Below are positions 9,945 to 21,915 of a DNA stretch of 64,000 bases, piece after piece. The DNA lies in contig NC_064458.1 in assembly GCF_023343835.1 (NCBI RefSeq), positions 4,793,829 to 4,857,828 of the forward strand, read 5' to 3'. Both the position numbers and the translations under genes were made by a program. Under the pieces are notes generated by a model. The model saw only the letters and a program-made list of their open reading frames with translations. It did no database searches and was not told the origin of the DNA. This stretch comes from Lagopus muta. Taxonomy: Eukaryota. Position 1 is the stretch's first letter. Every line of letters starts with the position of its first letter.

Positions 9945-12900
9945 GAGAAGATCTACATCTATCTGAAGAGAAGAGCTGAATCTATCTGAAGACAAGAGCT
10001 GAATCTATCTCAAGAGAAGAGCTACATCAATTTGAAGAGAAGATCAGCAACAATCTAAAGAGCTACATGTATCAGAAGAGCTACATCTGTCTGAAAAGAA
10101 GCGCTGCAACAACATGAATAGAAGAGCTGCATGCATGTGAAGAGCTACATCTGTCAGAAGGGAAGAGCAACATCTATCTGAAGAGAAGAGCTGGATCTAT
10201 CTCAAGAGAAGAGCTACATCTATCTGAAGAGCTACATCTGTCTGAAGAGAAGAGCTGAATCTATCTGAAGACAAGAGCTAAATCTATCTCAAGAGAAGAG
10301 CTACATCTATCTGAAGAGAAGAGCTACATCAGTCTGAAGAGCTACATCTGTCTGAAGAGAAGAGATGAATCTATCTGAAGAGAAGAGCTAAATCTATCTC
10401 AAGAGAAGAGCTACATCTATCTGAAGAGAAGAGCTAAACCCATCTAAAGAGCTACATCTGTCTGAAGAGAGGAGCTGAATCTATCTGAAGACAAGAGCTA
10501 AATCTATCTCAAGAGAAGAGCTATATCTATCTGAAGAGAAGAGCTACATCCATCTGAAGAGCTACATCTATCTGAAGAGAAGAGCTACATCTGTCTGAAG
10601 AGAAGAGCTACGTTTGTCTGAAGAGAAGATCTACATCTATCGGAACAGAACAGCCATATCTATCTGAGAAGAGCTACATGTATCTCAAGAGAAGAGCTAC
10701 ATTTACGTGAAGGGAATACCTACATCTACCTGAAGAGAAGAGCTACATCAATCTGAAGAGCTACATCTGTCTGAAGAGAAGAGCTACTTCTATCTGACAA
10801 GAAGAGCTGAATCTATCTGAAGACAAGAGCTGAATCTCAAGAGAAGAGCTACGTCTATCTGAAGAGCTACATCTGTCTGAAGACAAGAGCTACATTTATC
10901 TGAAGAGAATACCTACATCTACTTGAAGTGAATAGCTACATCTAACTCAGGAGTTACATGGGTCAGAAGAGCTGCATATCTCTGAAGAGCTCCATCTACG
11001 TTTGCCAGAAGAAAAGATCTATATCTATCTGACAAGAAGAGCTACATCTATCTGAAGAGAAGAGCTACATCTATCTGACGAGAAGAGCTGAATTTATCTG
11101 ATGACAAGAGCAGAATCTATCTCAAGAGAAGAGCTACATCTGTCTGAAGAGAAGAGCTACGTTTGTCTGAAGCGAAGATCTACAACTATCTGAACAGAAC
11201 AGCCATATCTATCTGAGAAGAGCTACATGTGTCTCAAGAGAAGAGCTACATTTACCTGAAGGGAAAACCTACATCTACCTGAAGAGAAGAGCTACATCAA
11301 TCTGAACAGCTACATCTGTCTGAAGAGAAGAGCTACTTCTATCTGACAATAAGAGCTGAATCTATCTGAAGACAAGAGCTGAATCTCAAGAAAAGAGCTA
11401 CATCCATCTGAAGAGCTACATCTGTCTGAAGAGAAGAGCTGAATCAATCTGAAGACAAGAGCTAAATCTATCTCAAGAGAAGAGCTACGTTTGTCTGAAG
11501 AGAAGAGCTACGTTTGTCTGAAGAGAAGATCTACATCTATCGGAACAGAACAGCCATATCTATCTGAGGAGAAGAGCTACATGTATCTCAAGAGAAGAGC
11601 TACATTTACGTGAAGGGAATACCTACATCTACCTGAAGAGAAGAGCTACATCAATCTGAAGAGCTACATCTGTCTGAAGAGAAGAGCTACTTCTATCTGA
11701 CAAGAAGAGCTGAATCTATCTGAAGACAAGAGCTGAATCTCAAGAAAAGAGCTACATCCATCTGAAGAGCTACATCTGTCTGAAGAGAAGAGCTACTTCT
11801 ATGTGACAAGAAGAGCTGAATCTATCTGAAGACAAGAGCTGAATCTCAAGAGAAGAGCTACATCTATCAGATGAGATGAGTGAGATGAGCTATATCCATC
11901 TGAAGAGCTACATCTATCTGAAGAGAAGAGCTACATCTGTCTGAAAAGAAGAGCTACATCAATCTGAAGACAAGAGCTGAATCTATCTCAAGGGAATAGC
12001 TACATCTATCTGAAGAGAAGAGCTACACCCATCTCAAGAGCTACATCTGTCTGAAGAGAAGACCTACATCTATCTGAAGAGAAGAGCAAAATCTATCTCA
12101 AGAGAAGAGCTACATCTATCTGAAGAGAAGAGCTACACCCATCTAAAGAGCTACATCTGTCTGAAGAGAAGACCTACATCTGTCTGAAGACAAGAGCTAA
12201 ATCTATCTCAAGAGAAGAGCTACATCTATCTGAAGAGAAGAGCTACATCAGTCTGAAGAGCTACATCAGTCTGAAGAGAAGAGATGAATCTATCTGAAGA
12301 GAAGAGCTAAATATATCTCAAGAGAAGAGCTACATTTTCCTGAAGGGAATACCTACATCTACCTGAAGAGAAGAGCTACATCAATTTGAAGAGAAGATCA
12401 GCAACAATCTAAAGAGCTACATGTATCAGAAGAGCTACATCTGTCTGAAAAGAAGCGCTGCAACAACATGAATAGAAGAGCTGCATGCATGTGAAGAGCT
12501 ACATCTGTCAGAAGGGAAGAGCAACATCTATCTGAAGAGAAGAGCTGAATCTATCTGAAGACAAGAGCTGGATCTATCTCAAGAGAAGAGCTACATCTAT
12601 CTGAAGAGAAGAGCTACATCCATCTGAAGAGCTACATCTGTCTGAAGAGAAGAGCTGAATCTATCTGAAGACAAGAGCTAAATCTATCTCAAGAGAAGAG
12701 CTACATCTGTCTGAAGAGAAGAGCTACATCAGTCTGAAGAGCTACATCTGTCTGAAGAGAAGAGATGAATCTATCTGAAGAGAAGAGCTAAATCTATCTC
12801 AAGAGAAGAGCTACATCTATCTGAAGAGAAGAGCTAAACCCATCTAAAGAGCTACATCTGTCTGAAGAGAGGAGCTGAATCTATCTGAAGACAAGAGCTA

Positions 12901-15900
12901 AATCTATCTCAAGAGAAGAGCTATATCTATCTGACGAGAAGAGCTACGTTTGTCTGAAGAGAAGATCTACATCTATCGGAACAGAACAGCCATATCTATC
13001 TGAGAAGAGCTACATGTATCTCAAGAGAAGAGCTACATTTACCTGAAGGGAATACCTACATCTACCTGAAGAGAAGAGCTACATCAATCTGAAGAGCTAC
13101 ATCTGTCTGAAGAGAAGAGCTACTTCTATCTGACAAGAAGAGCTGAATCTATCTGAAGACAAGAGCTGAATCTCAAGAGAAGAGCTACGTCTATCTGAAG
13201 AGCTACATCTGTCTGAAGACAAGAGCTACATTTATCTGAAGAGAATACCTACATCTACTTGAAGTGAATAGCTACATCTATCTCAAGAGTTACATGGGTC
13301 AGAAGAGCTGCATATCTCTGAAGAGCTCCATCTACATTTGCCAGAAGAAAAGATCTATATCTATCTGACAAGAAGAGCTACATCTATCTGACGAGAAGAG
13401 CTACATCTATCTGACGAGAAGAGCTGAATTTATCTGATGACATGAGCTACATCTATCTGAAGAGAAGAGCTACATCTATCTGAAGAGAAGAGCTACATCT
13501 GTCTGAAGAGAAGAGCTACGTTTGTCTGAAGCGAAGATCTATAACTATCTGAACAGAACAGCAGTATCTATCTGAGGAGAGCTACATGTGTCTGAAGAGA
13601 AGAGCTACATTTACCTGAAGGGAATACCTACATCTACCTGAAGAGAAGAGCTACATCAATCTTAAGAGCTACATCTGTCTGAAGAGAAGAGCTACTTCTA
13701 TCTGACAAGAAGAGCTGAATCTATCTGAAGACAAGAGCTGAATCTCAAGAGAAGATCTACGTCCATCTGAAGAGCTACATCTGTCTGAAGAGAACAGCTG
13801 AATCAATCTGAAGACAAGAGCTAAATCTATCACAAGAGAAGAGCTACATCGTTCTGAAGAGAAGAGCTACACCCATCTAAAGAGCTACATCTGTCTGAAG
13901 AGAAGAGCTGAATCTATCTGAAGACAAGAGCTAAATCTATCTCAAGAGAAGAGCTATATCTATCTGAAGAGAAGAGCTACGTTTGTCTGAAGAGAAGATC
14001 TACATCTATCGGAACAGAACAGCCATATCTATCTGAGAAGAGCTACATGTATCTCAAGAGAAGAGCTACATTTTCCTGAAGGGCATACCTACATCTACCT
14101 GAAGTGAAGAGCTACATCAATTTGAAGAGAAGATCAGCAACAATCTAAAGAGCTACATGTATCAGAAGAGCTACATCTGTCTGAAAAGAAGCGCTGCAAC
14201 AACATGAATAGAAGAGCTGCATGCATGTGAAGAGCTACATCTGTCAGAAGGGAAGAGCAACATCTATCTGAAGAGAAGAGCTGAATCTATCTGAAGACAA
14301 GAGCTGGATCTATCTCAAGAGAAGAGCTACACCTATCTGAAGAGCTACATCTGTCTGAAGAGAAGAGCTACTTCTGTCTGACAAGAAGAGTTGAATCTAT
14401 CTGAAGACAAGAGCTGAATCTCAAGAGAAGAGCTACATCTATCAGATGAGATGAGTGAGATGAGCTATATCCATCTGAAGAGCTACATCTATCTGAAGAG
14501 AAGAGCTACATCTGTCGGAAGAGAAGAGCTACAAATATCTAAAGAGAAGAGCTACATCTGTCTGAAAAGAAGAGCTACATCAATCTGAAGACAAGAGCTG
14601 AATCTATCTCAAGGGAATAGCTACATCTATCTGAAGAGAAGAGCTACACCCATCTCAAGAGCTACATCTGTCTGAAGAGAAGACCTACATCTATCTGAAG
14701 AGAAGAGCAAAATCTATCTCAAGAGAAGAGCTACATCTATCTGAAGAGAAGAGCTACACCCATCTCAAGAGCTACATCTGTCTGAAGAGAAGACCTACAT
14801 CTGTCTGAAGAGAAGACCTACATCTGTCTGAAGAGAAGACCTACCTAAACTTGAAGAGAATAGCTACATCTATCTCAAGAGATAAATCTATCAGAAGAGA
14901 AGAGCTGCATCTACATTTGCCTGAAGAGAAGAGCTACATCTATCTGACGACAAGAGTTGAATCTATCTGAAGAAAAGGGATGACTCCATCTCAAGAGAAG
15001 AGCTACATCTATCGGAAGGGAAGGGCTACATCCAACTGAAGAGCTACATCTATCTGAAGAGAAGTGCTACATCTATCTACAGAGAAGAGCTACATCACTC
15101 TGAAGAGAAGAGTTGCATCTCTCTGAAGACAAAAGCCATATCTATCTGAGGAGAAGAGCTAAATATATCTCAAGAGAAGAGCTACATCTGTCATAAGGGA
15201 AGAGCTGCTTCTATTTGAAGAGCTGCATCTACATTTGCCTGAAGAGAAGAGGTACATCTCTCTGACGAGAAGATCTGAATCTATCTCAAGAGAAGAGCTA
15301 CATCGATCTGAAGAGAAGAGCTACATCCATCTGAAGAGCTACATCTATCTGAAGAGAAGAGCTACGTTTGTCTGAAGAGAAGATCTACATCTATCTGAAC
15401 AGATCAGCCATATCTATCTGAGAAGAGCTACATGTGTCTCAAGAGAAGAGCTACATTTACCTGAAGGGAATATCTACATCTACCTGAAGAGAAGAGCTAC
15501 ATCAATCTGAAGAGCTACATCTGTCTGAAGAGAAGAGATGAATCTATCTGAAGAGAAGAGCTAAATATATCTCAAGAGAAGAGCTACATTTTCCTGAAAG
15601 GAATACCTACATCTACCTGAAGAGAAGAGCTACATCAATTTGAAGAGAAGATCAGCAACAATCTAAAGAGCTAAATGTATCAGAAGAGCTACATCTGTCT
15701 GAAAAGAAGCGCTGCAACAACATGAATAGAAGAGCTGCATGCATGTGAAGAGCTACATCTGTCAGAAGGGAAGAGCAACATCTATCTGAAGACAAGAGCT
15801 AAATCTATCTCAAGAGAAGAGCTACATCTATCTGAAGAGAAGAGCTAAACCCATCTAAAGAGCTACATCTGTCTGAAGAGAGGAGCTGAATCTATCTGAA

Positions 15901-18900
15901 GACAAGAGCTAAATCTATCTCATGAGAAGAGCTATATCTATCTGAAGAGAAGAGCTACATCCATCTGAAGAGCTACATCTATCTGAAGAGAAGAGCTACA
16001 TCTGTCTGAAGAGAAGAGCTACGTTTGTCTGAAGAGAAGATCTACATCTATCGGAACAGAACAGCCATATCTATCTGAGAAGAGCTACATGTATCTCAAG
16101 AGAAGAGCTACATTTACGTGAAGGGAATACCTACATCTACCTGAAGAGAAGAGCTACATCAATCTGAAGAGCTACATCTGTCTGAAGAGAAGAGCTACTT
16201 CTATCTGACAAGAAGAGCTGAATCTATCTGAAGACAAGAGCTGAATCTCAAGAGAAGAGCTACGTCTATCTGAAGAGCTACATCTGTCTGAAGACAAGAG
16301 CTACATTTATCTGAAGAGAATACCTACATCTACGTGAAGTGAATAGCTACATCTATCTCAAGAGTTACATGGGTCAGAAGAGCTGCATATCTCCGAAGAG
16401 CTCCATCTACATTTGCCAGAAGAAAAGATCTATATCTATCTGACAAGAAGAGCTACATCTATCTGAAGAGAAGAGCTACATCTATCTGACGAGAAGAGCT
16501 GAATTTATCTGATGACAAGAGCTGAAGCTATCTCAAGAGAAGAGCTACATCTATCTGAAGAGAAGAGCTACATCTGTCTGAAGAGAAGTGCTACGTTTGT
16601 CTGAAGCGAAGATCTACAACTATCTGAACAGAACAGCAATATCTATCTGAGGAGAGCTACATGTGTCTCAAGAGAAGAGCTACATTTACCTGAAGGGAAT
16701 ACCTACATCTACCTGAAGAGAAGAGCTACATCAATCTGAAGAGCTATATCTGTCTGAAGAGAAGAGCTACTTCTATCTGACAAGAAGAGCTGAATCTATC
16801 TGAAGACAAGAGCTGAATCTCAAGAAAAGAGCTACATCCATCTGAAGAGCTGCATCTGTCTGAAGAGAACAGCTGAATCAATCTGAAGAGAAGAGCTAAA
16901 TCTATCTCAAGAGAAGAGCTATATCTATCTGACGAGAAGAGCTACGTTTGTCTGAAGAGAAGATCTACATCTATCGGAACAGAACAGCCATATCTATCTG
17001 AGAAGAGCTACATGTATCTCAAGAGAAGAGCTACATTTTCCTGAAGGGCATACCTACATCTACCTGAAGTGAAGAGCTACATCAATTTGAAGAGAAGATC
17101 AGCAACAATCTAAAGAGCTACATGTATCAGAAGAGCTACATCTGTCTGAAAAGAAGCGCTGCAACAACATGAATAGAAGAGCTGCATGCATGTGAAGAGC
17201 TACATCTGTCAGAAGGGAAGAGCAGCATCTATCTGAAGAGAAGAGCTGAATCTATCTGAAGACAAGAGCTGGATCTATCTCAAGAGAAGAGCTACACCTA
17301 TCTGAAGAGCTACATCTGTCTGAAGAGAAGAGCTACTTCTGTCTGACAAGAAGAGTTGAATCTATCTGAAGACAAGAGCTGAATCTCAAGAGAAGAGCTA
17401 CATCTATCAGATGAGATGAGTGAGATGAGCTATATCCATCTGAAGAGCTACATCTATCTGAAGAGAAGACCTACATCTGTCTGAAGAGAAGAGCTACAAA
17501 TATCTAAAGAGAAGAGCTACATCTGTCTGAAAAGAAGAGCTACATCAATCTGAAGACAAGAGCTGAATCTATGTCAAGGGAATAGCTACATCTATCTGAA
17601 GAGAAGAGCTACACCCATCTCAAGAGCTACATCTGTCTGAAGAGAAGACCTACATCTATCTGAAGAGAAGAGCAAAATCTATCTCAAGAGAAGAGCTACA
17701 TCTATCTGAAGAGAAGAGCTACACCCATCTAAAGAGCTACATCTGTCTGAAGAGAAGACCTACATCTGCCTGAAGACAAGAGCTAAATCTATCTCAAGAG
17801 AAGAGCTACATCTATCTGAAGAGAAGAGCTACGCCCATCTCAAGAGCTACATCTGTCTGAAGAGAAGACCTACATCTGTCTGAAGAGAATACCTACTTAT
17901 ACTTGAAGAGAATAGCTACATCTATCTCAAGAGATAAATCTATCAGAAGAGAAGAGCTGCATCTACATTTGCCTGAAGAGAAGAGCTACATCTATCTGAC
18001 GACAAGAGTTGAATCTATCTGAAGAAAAGGGATGACTCCATCTCAAGAGAAGAGCTACATCTATCGGAAGGGAAGGGCTACATCCAACTGAAGAGCTACA
18101 TCTATCTGAAGAGAAGGGCTACATCTATCTACAGAGAAGAGCTACATCACTCTGAAGAGAAGAGTTGCATCTCTCTGAAGACAAAAGCCATATCTATCTG
18201 AGGAGAAGAGCTAAATATATCTCAAGAGAAGAGCTACATCTGTCATAAGGGAAGAGCTGCTTCTATTTGAAGAGCTGCATCTACATTTGCCTGAAGAGAA
18301 GAGCTACATCTCTCTGACGAGAAGAGCTACATCCATCTGAAGAGCTACATCTATCTGAAGAGAAGAGCTACGTTTGTCTGAAGAGAAGATCTACATCTAT
18401 CTGAACAGATCAGCCATATCTATCTGAGAAGAGCTACATGTGTCTCAAGAGAAGAGCTACATTTACCTGAAGGGAATATCTACATCTACCTGAAGAGAAG
18501 AGCTACATCAATCTGAAGAGCTACATCTGTCTGAAGAGAAGATCTACTTCTGTCTGACAAGAAGAGCTGAATCTATCTGAAGACAAGAGCTGAATCTCAA
18601 GAGAAGAGATACATCTATCTGATGAGATGAGTGAGACGAGCTATATCCATCTGAAGAGATACATCTATCTGAAGAGAAGAGCTACATCTGTCTGAAGAGA
18701 AGAGCTACAAATATCTAAAGAGAAGAGCTAAATCTGTCTGAAAAGAAGAGCTACATCAGTCTGAAGACAAGAGCTGAATCTATCTCAAGGGAATAGCTAC
18801 ATCTATCTGAAGAGAAGAGCTACACCCATCTCAAGAGCTACATCTGTCTGAAGAGAACACCTACATCTATCTGAAGAGAATACCTACCTATACTTGAAGA

Positions 18901-21836
18901 GAATCGCTACATCTATCTCAAGAGATAAATCTATCAGAAGAGAAGAGCTGCATCTACATTTGCCTGAAGAGAAGAGCTACATCTATCTGACGAGAAGAGC
19001 TGAATCTATCTGAAGACAAAAGCTGAATCTATCTCAGGAGAAGAGCTACATCGATCTGAAGAGGTATATCCATCTGAAGAGCTACATCTATCTGAAGAGA
19101 AGAGCTTCGTTTGTCTGAAGAGAAGATCTACATCTATCTGAACAGATCAGCCATATCTATCTGAGAAGAGCTACATGTGTCTCAAGAGAAGAGCTACATC
19201 AGTCTGATCAGCTACATCTGTCTGAAGAGAAGAGCTACTTCTATCTGACAAGAAGAGCTGAATCTATCTGAAGACAAGAGCTGAATCTATCACAAGAGAA
19301 GAGCTACGTCTATCTGATGAGATGAGTGAGATGAGCTATATCCATCGGAAGAGCTACATTTATCTGAAGAGAAGAGCTACATCTGTCTGAAGAGAAGAGC
19401 TACAAATATCTAAAGAGAAGAGCTACATCTGTCTGAAAAGAAGAGCTACATCAATCTGAAGACAAGAGCTAAATCTATCTCAAGGGAATAGCTACATCTA
19501 TCTGAAGAGAAGAGCTACGCCCATCTCAAGAGCTACATCTGTCTGAAGAGAAGACCTACATCTGTCTGAAGAGAAGACCTACCTAAACTTGAAGAGAATA
19601 GCTACATCTATCTCAAGAGATAAATCTATCAGAAGAGAAGAGCTGCATCTACATTTGCCTGAAGAGAAGAGCTACATCTATCTGACGACAAGAGTTGAAT
19701 CTATCTGAAGTAAAGGGATGACTCTATCTCAAGAGAGGAGCTCCATCTATCTGAAGGGAAGAGCTACATCCAACTGAAGAGCTACATCTATCTGAAGAGA
19801 AGTGCTACATCTATCTACAGAGAAGAGCTACATCAGTCTGAAGAGAAGAGTTGCATCTCTCTGAAGAGAAAAGCCATATCTATCTGAGGAGAAGAGCTAA
19901 ATATATCTCAAGAGAAGAGCTACATCTGTCATAAGGGAATAGCTGCTTCTATTTGAAGAGCTGCATCTACATTTGCCTGAAGAGAAGAGCTACATCTATC
20001 TGACGAGAAGAGCTGAATCTATCTGAAGACAACAGCAGTATCTATCTCAAGAGAAGAGCTACATCCATCTGAAGAGCTACATCCATATGAAGAGAAGAGC
20101 TACATCTGTCTAAAGAGAAGAGCGATATCAATATACAGTGAAGAGCTACATCTATCTGATGGGAAGAGCTACATCTGTCTGAAGAGAAGAGGTACGTTTG
20201 TTTGAAGAGAATATCTACATCTGTCTGAACAGAACAGCCATATCTATCTGAGGAGAGCTACATGTATCTCAAGAGAAGAGCTACATTTACCTGAAGGGAA
20301 TACCTACATCTACCTGAAGAGAAGAGCTACATCAATCTGAAGAGCAACATCTGTCTGAAGAGAAGAGCTACTTCTATCTGACAAGAAAAGCTGAATCTAT
20401 CTGAAGACAAGAGCTGAATCTCAAGAGAAGAGCTGTATCTATCTGATGAGATGAGTGAGATGAGCTATATCCATCTGAAGAGCTACATCTATCTGAAGAG
20501 AAGAGCTACATCTGTCTGAAGAGAAGAGGCACTAGTTTCTGAAGAAAAGAGCTGGATCTGTTTGTGGAGTAGAGCTTTCTGAAGAGAACTACATCTATCT
20601 GTAGATAAGCTACATCTGTCTGATGAGAAGAGCTGAATGTATCTGAAGAGAAGAGCCGAATATATCTCAAGAGAAGAGCTACATTTATCTGAAGAGAAGT
20701 GATACATTTGTCTGAAAGGAACAGCTACATCTATCTGAAGAGAAGATCTGCAACTGTCTCATGGAAAAAGCTACATCTATCTGAAGAGAAGAGCTACATC
20801 TATCTGAAGAGAAGAGCTACATCTTTTCCAAGAGAAGAGCTGCATTTATCTGAAGAGATGAGCTACATGTGTCTCAAGAGAAGAGCTGAATCTGTGTGAA
20901 GGGAAGAGCTACATCTCTCTGAATAGAAGAGCTACATCCATCTGAAGAGCTTCATTTATCTGAAGAAAAAAGGTACATCTTCCTGAAAAGAATAGCTACA
21001 TCTGTCTGAAGAGAGGAAATAAATCTGTCTGAAAAGAAGAGCTACATCTTCCCGAAGAGAAGAGCTGCATCTATTTGAAGAGCTGCATCTTTTTGAAGAG
21101 AAGAGCTGCATCTGTCTGAAGAAAAGAGCTACATCTGTCTGAAGAGAAGATCTACATCTATCTCAAGAGAAGAGCTTCATCTATCTGAAGAGAAGAGCTA
21201 TATCTTCCGGAAGAGAAGAGCTACATTTATATGAAGAAAAGAGTTGCATGTGTTTCAAGAGAAGAGCTGCATCTGTCTGAATAGAAGAGCTACATACAGC
21301 TGAAGAGCTACATCTACCTGAAGAGTAGAGCGACATCTATCTGAAGAGAAAAGCTAAATCTGTCTGCAGAGAAGAACTACATCTACCTGAAAAGAAGAGC
21401 TACATCTCTCTGAAGAGAGGAGCTGCACGTATTTGAAGACCTGCATCTACATTTGCCTGAAGAGAAGAGCTACATCTACCTGAAGAGAAGTGCTACATGT
21501 ATCTGAAGACAAGAGCTACATCTGTCTTAAGAACAGAATCTATCTGAAGACAAGAGCTGAATCTATCTCAAGAGAAGAGCTACATTTATCTAAAGAGAAG
21601 AACTACATCTATCTGAAAAGAAGAGCTACATCTATCTGAGGAGAAGATGTGCAACTGTCTTATGGAAAGATCTACATCTCTCTGAAGGGAAGAGCTACAT
21701 CTGTCTGAACACAAGAGCTACATCTATCTGAAGAGAAGTGCTACATCTATCTACAGAGAAGAGCTACATCAGTCAGAAGAGAAGAGTTGCATCTCTCTGA
21801 AGAGAAAAGCCATATCTATCTGAGGAGAAGAGCTAA
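9945..21836 (+). repeat. Satellite block 1, + orientation. The 23-bp monomer is about CTGAAGAGAAGAGCTACATCTAT with frequent 18-bp variants (CTGAAGAGCTACATCTGT). Organised in irregular higher-order repeats of roughly 1.4-2.4 kb. The last ~1.3 kb (20520-21725) is a more diverged sub-type.
   Basis: Direct reading. Marker segments recur: caatttgaagagaagatcagcaacaatctaaagagctacatgtatcagaag at 10030, 12380, 14110, 15640, 17090; catttacgtgaagggaatacctacatctacc at 10700, 11590, 16120. Confidence 0.9.
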
Positions 21837-21915
21837 ATATATATATATATTTATATTTATATATATATATTATATATATATATAAATATATATATATAAA
21901 TATATATAAATATAT
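21837..21915. repeat. TA-rich microsatellite (AT)n/(ATATAAAT)n at the head-to-head junction between satellite blocks 1 and 2
   Basis: atatatatatatttatatttatatatatatattatatatatatataaatatatatatataaatatatataaatatat. It appears to grow out of the gagctaaatatat monomer variant. Confidence 0.9.
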
